Origin: Folioceros fuciformis
Taxonomy: Eukaryota
DNA: 64,000 nucleotides
NCBI GenBank assembly: GCA_049999805.1
Contig: JBNGIO010006274.1
Span: 205,818-269,817 of the forward strand
Direction of reading: 5' to 3'
Positions 1 to 11,907 of this stretch are shown here, in pieces. Position numbers and translations under genes: made by a program. Numbering within the stretch: position 1 is the first letter of the stretch; every line of letters begins with the position of its first letter. A model generated the notes under the pieces. The model saw nothing but the letters and a program-made list of their open reading frames with translations, had not been told where the DNA came from and searched no databases.

Positions 1-218
1 TTTGTCTTTTTGGCAGGCCCTGAATCCCTGGGTCTGAGTAGAAGCCAAACCTGATCTTCTCGATTCCGTTGCGTAGGCAAGACATCAATGCTGAATACAG
101 ATTCTTCCACTTCAGAAGTGCGAACGAGGTTAGCTACCTTTCTCGAGAACACTGTCGCGACGCTATACATTTGGCTATGTTGATCAGGTTGCCAACCCAT
201 TCCTCTTGTTCCCCTTAG

Positions 219-347
219 GTGCGGATGGACGATGTTGATGCTCTTCTATCCGAATATCGCAAGTTGACTACCTCCAAGGAAGTGAATAGCGTACCCTACT
301 CCCTTGGGCTGCACGACCACGCTGAAGGAATGACAGTTTCCGAATAA
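219..347 (+). CDS. Terminal exon of a gene starting upstream of the window (VRMDDVDALLSEYRKL...); weakly resembles the VPS9a C-terminal segment
   Basis: Pyrimidine tract plus AG at 217-218, open frame to TAA 345-347. A probable preceding exon ends at the GT at 129. Family resemblance is from memory of the DVxxLLxxYKxL motif only. Confidence 0.4.
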   Translation: MRMDDVDALLSEYRKLTTSKEVNSVPYSLGLHDHAEGMTVSE

Positions 348-432
348 TGTGTGCCGATCAACAACTCAGGCGGTTCTAAAACCAAAAGAAAGGCTACACA
401 AGATGAAAAGTTGAATTATATCTAAATAATCG

Positions 433-1322
433 CTATCCAGAAGATTGCCTGTTCATCGCCTCAACGTACACATTCAACTCATCCAGCTTTTGCATCCTCG
501 ATCTTTCGCTTAACGTGACAATCTGGCACAGCCAATAACTAGTGAGTGCATAGATCTCTCACCAACCGTCGATGCGCAGGAAAGAGATAGCGACATGTGG
601 AGCTTTACCTCCATTAACCTGCACACAAGATCTGTTTTGATTTTACTCTTCTCATTGTAAGCATCCACAGCGTCTTTCAACTCCTTTTCCTGCTCATTCG
701 AAGCGGAAGCAGTCTACCTTGAAACGACCGAACAAGAGGATTCAAGAGTTCGGAGTAAAAGGTGACACTTAAACCCTCATACCTTCTTTTCGCAGAGTTG
801 CTTCAACGGTCTCAAATCCCTGTCCACCGTCTCGATCTTCTTTCTGATATCAGCAACCTCTTTCTTGGTAGGATCCTCGAGCCCTTCCAACTCCTGCTCA
901 ACCAAATCACCAGACGATGTTGCGTCACATCCTGCCAATACAAATGCAAAGGAGAAGGATGTGCCAAACTTCCAGTTGCAGCCTTACGTACTCACTCTAC
1001 GCAGTTCATCCAGGCGCCGTGCTTCCTGCTCAACGCGGCTGAGCTGAGCTTCAACCTTCTCCCTCACTTGCAGCTTCCGACGCTGGATCTCCTCCTCTTT
1101 AGCGTGCAACGAGTGCACCGCATTGTCAGCCTGCTCCTCCTTGTTCCTGAACCCATTCACGAGATGCACCGGCACGGAGCGCAACGACCGCTGCTGCTCC
1201 CAGGCTACTTTCTCCTGCTCGGCATCTCGCGTACGCCGGTCGCTATCCTGCGCCTCCTGCTGCAGTGTGTTTCGCAGGCTCCGCTCCAGGCCTGCCGCCA
1301 GAAAGCCTAGATCCGACGTCAT
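433..1322 (-). CDS. RAB6-interacting golgin / DUF662 coiled-coil protein, 4 exons
   Basis: Spliced exons read EEEIQRRKLQVREKVEAQLSRVEQEARRLDELRR | ELEGLEDPTKKEVADIRKKIETVDRDLRPLKQLCEKK | EKELKDAVDAYNEKSKIKTDLVCRLME | IVTLSERSRMQKLDEL...SSG*, with GT-AG introns. ATG at 1322 is the likely start. Confidence 0.85.
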
Positions 1323-1788
1323 GGTCTCACACCTTACAACTTGCGTTGTTGTCACAGCGTCTGCCTCCCTGTACAAAATGGAAGACTCTCCAAAGCCTCC
1401 ATGAACGACTAATAATATAGTTTTCCTGTCTTTGGACAAACGCGCATGGACCATATGTCATGCATACATACATTTATGTATGAAGACCACGCGAGGTTCT
1501 AAATTTCAATGCGTCCCGCCACAGTGCTTCGAGGCGCGCAAGAGGGGAACTGGGCAAGCCCCGTCTTCAAATTTGCCTACTTTTGTGTTCCTCTGATGCG
1601 GACGAGACATTCGTGCTAGCCTATCTAGTGCAGTGTAGAAGGCAGAGGGCAGAGCAGCGGCGGCGTGATCATGCAGGCTGCTGAAACGCAGCTTCCGCGA
1701 ATGCTCTTGGCTTCGGGACGAGCAGGAGCCAGGCACAGAGACTCAATTGTAGCAGAAGTATAGCACTGCTGCAAAGCCGACATTGCAC

Positions 1789-4700
1789 ATGATGGATATG
1801 AACCGCAGCGGCTCCTGTGCAGCTGAGCAGGAAATCAGAAAGAACCTCGCATTAGAGGCCAGGGTGGGAGCTCATGTGCAGGAGGAAGCAGTATTGCATG
1901 AGCGGGAAAATGTGGGGTCGGGACTGCGCAGCAAGCGCGGAGCTTCCGGGTCACCTGCCATTGATAAGAGCACCGTGAGCATACCGTCTCTGCAGGAAAA
2001 GTTGGGTTGGGGCAGGCGAAGTGGGAATGCAATGCTTCAACGGGCTGCGAGCTCAAACGCGCGGGCTCGCAGGGCCTCTCTAGAATGCCGGCAGGATTGC
2101 AGGGAGTCTATCTCTCTTGGCCGCCGCTTGGTGTCAGTTTCCTCTTCTTCATCTTCTATTTCCACGGACGGGAGAGTGTCCCTCTCTTGCAGCCCGGACG
2201 ACGCTCATCTCTCCAGTATTTCCATGCACAAGAGGCTGTCTATGTTGGAGGAAAGAGTGAGTGGCATTGCAACGGAGCTTAGAGGTACCAAGGACGTGCT
2301 GAATTCGTTCAATCCCGCTTGGTCGAAGGGGCTCTTGGCGGAAATTCAGTCCAAGATTTCCATTTTGGAGACAGCTATGATTCTGCATATGGGAGCAGTT
2401 CCAGCCCCCGTTGCTCAACACAGTAGTTGTGTTACTGGGAATCTTGCAGCTGAGGTCAAACAGGCGAAGGAAAGTTCCGTCCAGGATTTATGCGGCATCC
2501 ACGGCCAGGAGAAGGAAAGCATTGTGGAATTTTGCAAGTGCAAGGTACCGAATGGCACAGTGGAAGCTCGTGATGCAAGCTCCCTGCCGGCAGTTGCACG
2601 CATGCGGCTTGTGACTCAGTCCAATGATGACGGCGGTAAGAATCTGCATAGAAATCTGGATCAAGGACAGTCAATTGAAGAGGAGTTTGTCCGACAGACA
2701 TTGAAGCAGGTTTCAAATGTGCAGGATGTGAATCATTCACCATCTCCTGTAGGGCAAGGGTCCTGCGACTATGATTTGGAGACTGGTACCAGCGTTACCA
2801 GTACGTTATCAGATATTTCACATGCTGGCAATGAGTCAAATCATATGGGTCGCTGCCTGGAGGGCAGTTGCAGGGTTCAATCTGTAGTGAGCACTGCTGA
2901 GCCCCTTTATACCTTGTCTGCGTCGAGAAGTTCCAAGGATCCTAGGACCTTGGAACTCTCAGGGCCTTCGTATGGCTCCGAGGGAGGGAAAGTAAGAAGC
3001 TTCTCTGGGCTTTCTGTCTCGGTCGATATGCAGCTGAACACCGCCCATGTGGAGAGGTGTGGTGCACACGGCATGAATTTTTCTCAGTCAGGTGACAGCA
3101 TTGCATTCTCCTTTGCCTTGCCTGGCATTCGAACTGGGTAATAATCAATCTGGAAATAACCCGTTAAGCTTTGTTGTATCTGCAGAGCCGTGCCAAATCC
3201 CTCCGTCAAATGCTGTGACGCTGATGGGGGGCAAGTCGGACTCCCATGTAGATCCACAGGGAGTAACTTATCCACCTTCACTCAGAGACCCTGCTGGCAA
3301 CAAGTCCGATTCTCTTCCCAGTGATGCCGACGGAGCAATGGAAGAAGGCTGGGAGGATCTCCTGCTCTCGGCTGATCGGTCTGTATCACAGCATTGTGGG
3401 AGCACACTGCCTATTCGGCCAAACAAGCCGGTTATGTCAGAAGATAGACCTTATGGTAAACTGCACAAGATGGGGCACAAAACAGCGACTGCTGGGTGGT
3501 TTGTCTGTGAAGGTGAAGGTGTGGTGCTGGCACATGAGGATGGTTCCTGCTCATTCTACGATGTTGCAAACATGGAGGTAGTGGTTTCACCTCACCTGAA
3601 ACATCTGCCGTTGCATCTGCCTTCACCTGCCGTTGCTGTATAGTTAGTACGTTCCTACTGACAGACCAACCACCTCTGGTTCCTATTTCCAGAGGATGTT
3701 GACGGTCCCCGTTTTTATCAAGGAGGATTGCTAAGAGTCGGTGACATTGGTGAATTTCATTGCAACAGTTGGCTGTGAAGGTTCACGATGAAAAGAATTG
3801 ATCCTCATAGGTCCAGAATGACTGACTTGCGCTGTTGCTCTTTAATGTTATGAGCGTCTTTATGCTGGTCCTGTGCAGACAGATGAGCCATAGAGTTTTT
3901 GTCTGCATGTCATGGAGAAGTGTTCATCTTTGTGGAAGCTTGATACATACTCCTTTGTCTTTAGATACTGAATTTTCTCATTTTCAATGACAGGAGAAGG
4001 TAGAATTCAGAAGTCCACTAGGATTGGGACCTGGTGCTTGGCAAGACTGCTGGCTCATCAGAGCAGCTGGTGCCGATGGGCGCTCCAGCAAGTATGTAGT
4101 GGCAGCATCTGCTGCGGGAGCTACTGATGCCGGCTTCTGTATATGGGACTTCCAGGAGAGGAATGTCGCTGCTTACCATTGTGAGACCTCCTCTGTGCAG
4201 CCCAGTGCAGCTACAACACAGGTGTCCAGCATTGCAAATGTTTCCCGCCAAGGCCTATTTGAACGTCAGTATGCAGCCCAGAGATTTGAAAGTAGTCCCA
4301 CCCTGAAGTCTATCCAGGCATATCCAATGAAGAGTCTCAAGAGTACAGCTTCTGATGGTCCACTCTGGTGGTACAAACCCTGTGGTCCCCTTCTTGCGTC
4401 AGCGGGAAGTGGCCTGAATACCTTGGCTCTCTATGACGTACGGGATGGGGACATCGTGACTCGATGGCAGGGTCACAGGAGGGTTGCTGGTTTGAAATTC
4501 TGTAGTCCACTGCAATGGAGAGACAAAGGGAAAATCGTGGTTGCCTGCGAGGAATCTGTTGGAGTGTGGGATGTGAATACAATGGCAGCTCGGAGCATTC
4601 ATAGTGTCAATTTCTCAGGCAGTGCGTTTTCTGCTATGCACATTCCTAACGCAGATGCTGAATGCAGTGGAGGTGTCTGGCAAAGGTAAGTTCAGCCTGC

Positions 4701-5326
4701 CGGTATCTTTCGGTGATCTGTTACTCTCACTGTCCGATGCAGCGTAAGTAGCCTCTATCCTGAGAGTCCTTTTTCGAGCTTGCTGCTGACAGCACATTTC
4801 CTGTCGCAGGAGACCTGCTTCAGAGAATGGCAAATGTGACGGGGTGCTTTGCAGCGAACGAGCCATTAACATACTTGATTTTCGTCTCCCAACTGCTGTG
4901 GCCTTGAGGATACCTATGGCCTGTGAAGAGATTCAGTGCATTTATGCCAACGGAGATTCAATATTTACCGGTGTCAGAGCCCAAGGGAGTCTGGCTCTCT
5001 CCCCAGGTTCCAAAAGTGACCAGCATGGCGTATTGCAATGGTCAATTCGGCAAGGCAAGCCTATGTGCGCTTACAACATACTTGGACGTGGTGAAGTCAA
5101 CTCAGTCCGCCAAGTGTGGGGTTCCTCTGAGACGGTAATGGCAGCGGACAACGATGGGCTATGTGTCTTTGATGCAGCAACAGGGTTTGACGGCCAACAG
5201 GCAGGCATACGCGCAACAATTCCGAACGGGGCCAATAGCCTCGTCGATCCTAGCTTTGACTACTCTTGCTCCCGAATACTGCTGATATCAAGAGATCGGC
5301 CGGCCGGCTGGTGTTATTGGCCTTAG
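1789..5326 (+). CDS. KIN14B-interacting protein At4g14310-like (WD40-like C-terminal region)
   Basis: Motifs GHKTATAGWFVCEGEGVVLAHEDGSCSFYD, QDCWLIRAAGADG, WWYKPCGPL and SRILLISRDRPA. Exons approx. 1789-3091, 3186-3577, 3994-4685, 4810-5326. Intron 3092-3185 joins the two long ORFs in frame. Start uncertain. Confidence 0.85.
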
Positions 5327-6474
5327 CGGTCTGTCTGTCCGTCGAAGACAGAGCGGTCGATGCAGCCATGCATGTTTGGGAACCGTGTTTGATACGTCTC
5401 GTATGACTTCAAAGTTTTGTGTCTTGGTCAGGTTCCGAGCTGCACATGCCTCCAAGAAGGCTAACATAGCCTCCTCGCACCAAGACTGAAGGCCAGGCCA
5501 TGGCGTCACTCCGCTCTCGAGCTCCGGTTTCGTTGTGGTCCAAGATGCCCACTTATCCTTTGGCTGTAGGTAGTCTTGCAGTACGAGTAAAGGCTACCGA
5601 GGGTGTTCGATGTGTGTCAGTGGCAGAACAGTTCACGTTGCGTGTGTTGGCTGCTGGCTTGGATCAGTGGATCGATTCAAGAGTCTCGCAAACACTACAA
5701 GTGTCTGTTGTTGCTCGGTAGTCACTGGTTTCTAGTAAGTCTCTCCTAACCACTCGTTTTACCCTACTTGATCGGACCAGAATTCATGGGAATACCGAAG
5801 ATCAGGAAAAGTGTGAAACCATAGTGCCATTGTAAGTTGGGGTTTAAAATTCAAGCGACTCTCACGGGGTCTTGCCGATCTTATCTCTTGCTAAGGAACA
5901 AATATTTAGCAAGAACAAATATTCTTAAAGTTTCTTGATATGAAAATAATAGAAATAATAGATTAGAGAGGGAGTTTATGGAAATAATAGAAATAATAGA
6001 TTAGAGAGGGAGTTTCGTGACGTGAAAATAATAGAAGAGCAAGACAAAATGCAGCCTTTCCTCATTCATCTTGCCTACATTATATATTTTATGTTACCTT
6101 ATACGACATATCGTAGTATACCATGTTAGGTACATAAGTACGTAGTGCAACTTGTACATTGCATATTTTATGCTACCTTGCACTATGTTGTGTTGTATTG
6201 TGTTGTGTTGTGTCATCTTGCGTTGTGTGCTTGCGGATGCACATACATGTGATTTGACATGTTTGCACTTCAAAGTTCATTCTTGAATTTTGTAATATAT
6301 TCATAAACAAGCGCTCACCTTGACTTTGTTGCAACGGGTTATCACGCTTCTTTTCTTGCAGAATAAAATAATTATAATTATAATTATAACAAATTTGATC
6401 TAAATGAAAGTATGACACCACACAAAAAACAAAAAGAGATGCCTTCTGGCATTTTACGGGGTTGCCACGTAGAT

Positions 6475-6874
6475 NNNNNNNNNNNNNNNNNNNNNNNNNN
6501 NNNNNNNNNNNNNNNNNNNNNNNNNNNNNNNNNNNNNNNNNNNNNNNNNNNNNNNNNNNNNNNNNNNNNNNNNNNNNNNNNNNNNNNNNNNNNNNNNNNN
6601 NNNNNNNNNNNNNNNNNNNNNNNNNNNNNNNNNNNNNNNNNNNNNNNNNNNNNNNNNNNNNNNNNNNNNNNNNNNNNNNNNNNNNNNNNNNNNNNNNNNN
6701 NNNNNNNNNNNNNNNNNNNNNNNNNNNNNNNNNNNNNNNNNNNNNNNNNNNNNNNNNNNNNNNNNNNNNNNNNNNNNNNNNNNNNNNNNNNNNNNNNNNN
6801 NNNNNNNNNNNNNNNNNNNNNNNNNNNNNNNNNNNNNNNNNNNNNNNNNNNNNNNNNNNNNNNNNNNNNNNNNN
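6475..6874. other. Assembly gap (N run)
   Basis: N run. Further gaps at 48001-48100, 51862-51871, 55300-55399 and 56540-56639. Confidence 0.99.
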
Positions 6875-7064
6875 AGCCTGAACATACCATGGATTATGGA
6901 TTACGGTATTTGGATCCTATTCATAAAGTTTTCTCAATCTTCTACGTCTTCTTCTTTGGCTTAGCATCCTTCGAACATATATGAGTTATCATACTTGCAT
7001 GAAATTAACGTATATAATCAAAATGTATCATACATGCTTGATAATATCAATACTATGTCGAGCA

Positions 7065-7643
7065 CTGCTCTCGCATGTTATGTGGCTATTCTCAAGATAT
7101 CACAAGACTAGTACTAGACTAGCTACTCATTTTGAGGGATGTTATTCAGCCCGATGCATGCTATGTTTGTTTGCCTGCTCTCGTATGTTATGTGGCTATT
7201 CTCAAGATATCACAAGACTAGTACTAGACTAGCTACTCATTTTGCGGGGATGTTATTCAGCCTGATGCATGCTATGTTTGTTTGCCTGCTCTCATATGTT
7301 ATGTGGCTATTCTCAAGAGATCACAAGACTAGTACTAGACTAGCTACTCATTTTGAGAGGATGTTATTCAGCCCGATGCATGCTATGTTTGTTTGCCTAC
7401 TCTCGTATGTTATGTGGCTATTCTCAAGAGATCACAAGACTAGTACTAGACTAGCTACTCATTTTTGAGGGATATTATTCAGCCCGATGCATGCTATGTT
7501 TGTTTGCCTGCTCTCGTATGTTATGTGGCTATTCTCAAGAGATCACAAGACTAGTACTAGACTAGCTACTCATTCATTTTGAGGGATGTTATTCAGCCCG
7601 ATGCATGATGTTATTCAGCCCGATGCATGCTATGTTTGTTTGC
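7065..7643. repeat. Tandem array, ~111-bp unit, about 5 copies
   Basis: Unit ctgctctcgtatgttatgtggctattctcaaga...gactagtactagactagctactc...gatgcatgctatgtttgtttgc starts at 7065, 7175, 7286, 7397 and 7508. Confidence 0.95.
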
Positions 7644-8171
7644 TTTTGAATAGCATGCGATCACGAGACTGGTGCATGAGTTTAGGGTTACCCTATATAT
7701 ATATTCTAAACCCCAAGCCCTATAGAGAGGTTTTAAAAAAATACTTCAAAGTATTTAAAAAATAAATATTTAAATAAAATTGAAACCCTAACTAATAAAT
7801 ATAGCATACATAACCATTATAAATTAATCTAATTAATAAACATAGCATACATGATCATTATAAATTAACACTCTTAACTAAGTATGCTGAGATACGTTTT
7901 CCGTTCTCTTTCCCTTTAGTCCCTCCCTCTCTTGAATATATTGATAATCTTTCTCTTGAATTGGATTTGTATTTTCTTAATACATCGATGATACAACATG
8001 ATCACCTACCAATCCCTGGTCCATAGATACCCGAGAGAGCATGGAACTTGGTGTCCCCAGAGCTGCTATCTCAGGTTCTGCATTGGATCACAGCAAAGGG
8101 AGGAGCAACCTACGTACCAGTGGACGCAGGGGAAGAGTTCTGCACTGGATCACAGCAAAGGGAGGAGCAAC

Positions 8172-11100
8172 CTATGTACCAGTGGACGTAGGGGAAGAGA
8201 CGCCCACCATGTGCCAGTCCGGGTGTGCGAGTTGCATAGGCTCGACATACGCGCCCTCCTGAAGAGAGAGTGTTCGAGGTCCGATCCTTGGTGATCCATT
8301 GTCCTGTACCAGTTCAGTCTCCGAGACCGAAGGCACAGATCCTGGTTCATGGAATGGATGAATGGCTCCGGAGCCACTAAGTGCAAAGGTAGACTCTGCC
8401 CTTGCTAAACCCATCGGACTTCCCAAAGACGACGTCGCCCAATCTTGTTGGTAAAGAGTGTCAGAGGAACCCAAGCCTGCATCGCTCTCCCTGGATGAGG
8501 GCATCTCGCCAGGAAGTGGACAGTGTGCCATGGCTGCCGCGGCAGCCGAGGTAGAGGACCCAGAAGGAAAAAACGACATTCCCGGTGCTGAACCTTCGCC
8601 GTGATAATGGGCTCTAACATGCTCCTCAATGCCAAACATCACACGGGCGTCTTCACCAAGTGCTCCAATTCCTGTCCCAAGGGCTGGAGAGGAGACCACC
8701 ACTTCTCCAAAAATCTCTGATCCGCATGCCACCATCGCTAGAGAGTTCGATACCCATCCATCCGTTGCCACAGACCCTGGCCGCAATGCGGCAGAATCAA
8801 ACGACCAGGGTACACTGGACACAACAGGCTTCCAATCAATAGCTTCGTTCACCACTTCTCTGTCACTCGATGCCGGCTCGTCACTCTCTGTAGACATATC
8901 TATTACGGGATACGGCAGCGAAGGGCTACTACAGGTGACCCCTGTCGCTGAGATTCTAGCAATGGATACAAATGGAGTTGCATCTCCTCTGTCCGGCGGG
9001 GCGGCCTCCCATGATCCATCCGGAAATACCATAACATCCACAACATTTACCGTTGTGTCCTTCAGCACCTGCAATCAGGATACAGGTTTCGATCAATGAA
9101 CCATACGAGACAGGGAAAATGGGTGACTGCAGTAAGGGAAGGCCAGTCGTTGCCATGAACCTTTGCCATCTGGACGTCAAGCCGAAGATCTGGAAAGCTC
9201 ACAGGCGTGGTGCAGTACGGACAGCGCCAGGCAGGCCTCCTCTTGTTGATTTCAAGAAAGCTGTCGTAGTCAAAACACTGCTCACTACAGGTCAGCTATG
9301 TGAAGACAGCGACTCCTGCAAGCGACTGCGAAAATGAAGAGTTCAATACCTGATGATGTTTGCATAAAGCTCCTTTCACAGGAGTGCTTATACGCTTATG
9401 ACTGGCAAACCGAAGGAGAGTGTTAACATTCTTGACACACGCATCAAGGAACAGGGGCCATGTACTCGTTTCGAAATTCCCCTGACACCAGAAGACCAGT
9501 TTGCCGGTAATAACAAATGCAGGCAGCAGCCGAGGTTCACCTGATTGGGCAGCGTAAAGACACCCTCGAAGCGCACTCAATGACATCTTCATCGTCAGTT
9601 GCAACAGCACTGTTTGCTGCCACAGATGCACACAGTTCAGGCATCCTTGGCTTGGCTGCTGGAACAGCATGAACATGCGTTATAACGAACTGACACCTGT
9701 TCCAGCTTCGGGCCGGGGCATAGTGTACTCTGGTAGCTTGAACATTCTTCCCGATTTAAGCGTTGACGTGATGGCAATAGCGATTGTGTAGGCATCTACA
9801 TCACATATAAATTGTTCATAGCTGAACTGAGTTTCTAATCTTGTCTACATCACACATGAATGGTTCATATCTGAATTGAGTTTCTCAGCTTATCTTGGCA
9901 CTACCTTTGAGCAGGGCGGATCCCAAGAACACACATACCTGGGAAGTCACCTATGACTTGCAGCACGTTGAGCCCCTGACGAACAAAATGCGTAACATCA
10001 GTGGGCACCTGAGGCCCAGAATCCTGGACAAGGACCCCAAAAGAACTATTAGATAAGTCGATATGCACTCTCCCCCGCCGTGCCACCCCCACCGTCTGGA
10101 ATTCCACTACGCAAATTTTGCAAGCAGGAACAGGGTTGTGGATTGCACTCACCGTAGAAATGACCGTCCTCTTTTCCAGACCTCTTCCATTCACCAGAAT
10201 ACTGGACAAAGTACAGAAACAGAGACAAGAACATAATAACTAACAAAAGCTTGGAAACGAAAGCGTTCGCATGTTCAAAGTTTGCTCAAAAGAGACATGC
10301 CACACCAGGTCCCGCATAACTACCACCACAACTTCCTGGGAAACAGAAAACAGAAACACAGTTTCCATACTTGGCGTGAGGCGGTGAGACGAGGCAAGAC
10401 GACGTTTCAGTGTTCTTGGGGAAGACAAACAACCTCTGCCAAAAAGGGACGGATTGAATTTAATGGGAAAGTTGGACGCCAGATTCCATCACCAGATCTG
10501 CGTTACTTCATTTTTCATATAGTAGAAAAAATCAGCTATCAGGAGCTGCGAGCGGCACGAAACAGCGGTAACCATGACATACCAGGCGCTCCTGATTGCT
10601 ACCAAGTGGCGGCACGTTGAAATCACGGAGCAAGACCTCGTAACCAAGCTGACATACCAACATAGTGTGCTGTCATGTCAGTTCTCAAAATATGCTTTCA
10701 TGCAAGTCTACAAGACTTCCACAAGACAGAAGGGGAAAGCGAGCCATCAGCTACCTTGACATCTACTGATAAGATGACTGAGCTTACTTTCAACCAAGGA
10801 AGGTATCTGCATCAAATTGGTTAGTGAGTGACTGTATGCCTCCTCTTTTGAGGAGACAGACAAGATGCTGAGCTGACCATCACACCCCGTCGAAAACATA
10901 CACAATATCTGGGACGACGCAGCTCTTGCTTTCCCAGGGCCAAACCACATCTACACCCGATAAACTGGCGGCCAACGTTTGTAAAAGACTCCTAGGGACT
11001 GTATGGATACCTGTCACTTATCTGATTGATGACCTCTGTGGTGTCCTGTGCTCCAGCATTGATGGGTAGTTCCGGAGAAGACGAAGAGTGATTGTCTTCG

Positions 11101-11789
11101 ACAAAGTATGCTGTAAACTGTAGCGACCAATGGCACACAAGACGATCTGTTACGACTGCAGTGTCCAGTGATGAGAAAGAGTAAGCGCCGTAGAAGGATG
11201 GGACAGGTGCCTCACAGTATGGAAGCTAGCCAGTAGCTCCTCAGCATCTGCAGCTTGGAACCACCCGGCAGAGGAGGCACTCTACGCAGCGGTGAGTGAA
11301 AACACGGTTACTGCGATTCAAAGCCGTCCTGCAGCGACGACGACATGCACAGGCCCAGCATACCTTGAGAGAGAGGAGTAGCACCATAATCGCTGGCCGT
11401 AGACTGACATCTTCCTTCACAAGGCAGACCTGCAACAAGAATTGTGTGTGTGGTATGGTAACCTGCGAATGACGAGGAAGCAACACGGGTCAAGATTTCC
11501 GAAACACACCAGCCGGAAGAGCTGCACGATGTTCGGAGTCACCGATGGCACCAGGCCGCTGGTCACGGCACGATCGACCAGCCTGTGCACAAGAGAATCG
11601 GAGTTAAGGTGATGATGGAGCACCGTGCAAAGCTGCGGAGTGCGGACGTCAGAAGAGGTACCGAGAGAGGTGGACGAAATCTTGCTTGAGATCTGGTTTT
11701 TGAGCACCAGGGCCCGGAACGAGCTTGGTTAAGAGGGAGGCAACCAGATCCGAGAGTCGGTCGTTAAGCTGCGGCTGTGGTGCTACCAT
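8172..11789 (-). CDS. PIAL: E4 SUMO-protein ligase PIAL1/2-like (SP-RING/MIZ zinc finger), multi-exon
   Basis: Exons encode RPAIMVLLLSLK, SAGWFQAADAEELL, SILVNGRGLEKRT, DSGPQVPTDVTHFVRQGLNVLQVIGDF, RISTPVKGALCKHHQ / CFDYDSFLEINKRRPAWRCPYC (SP-RING) and VVDVMVFPDGSW, plus a SIM-like PVIDMS. Confidence 0.9.
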
Positions 11790-11907
11790 GGTGGGTGCTA
11801 TTGCCGAGCGGGGGCTTCACGAAGTTCCGTAGTAACCGATAGGTCTTAAGGCGGGTGGGTGGGCAAGGCTACGACGAAGTGAAGGCTGTCCAACCCGTTG
11901 GTGCAGG

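Noticed and set aside
17-72. In-frame TGA in ALNPWV*VEAK suggesting recoding
   Set aside because: Exon boundaries cannot be fixed at the window edge; more simply intronic or a different frame.
3092-3185. Apparent frameshift in the At4g14310-like gene
   Set aside because: Resolved by a 94-nt GT-AG intron that restores the frame.
6384-6984. ORFs of 139-190 aa spanning the N run
   Set aside because: Artefacts of translating Ns.
7065-7643. Possible CRISPR array, or coding ORFs 6981-7468
   Set aside because: Units are contiguous with no unique spacers, the context is eukaryotic, and the ORFs only reflect the 111-bp periodicity.
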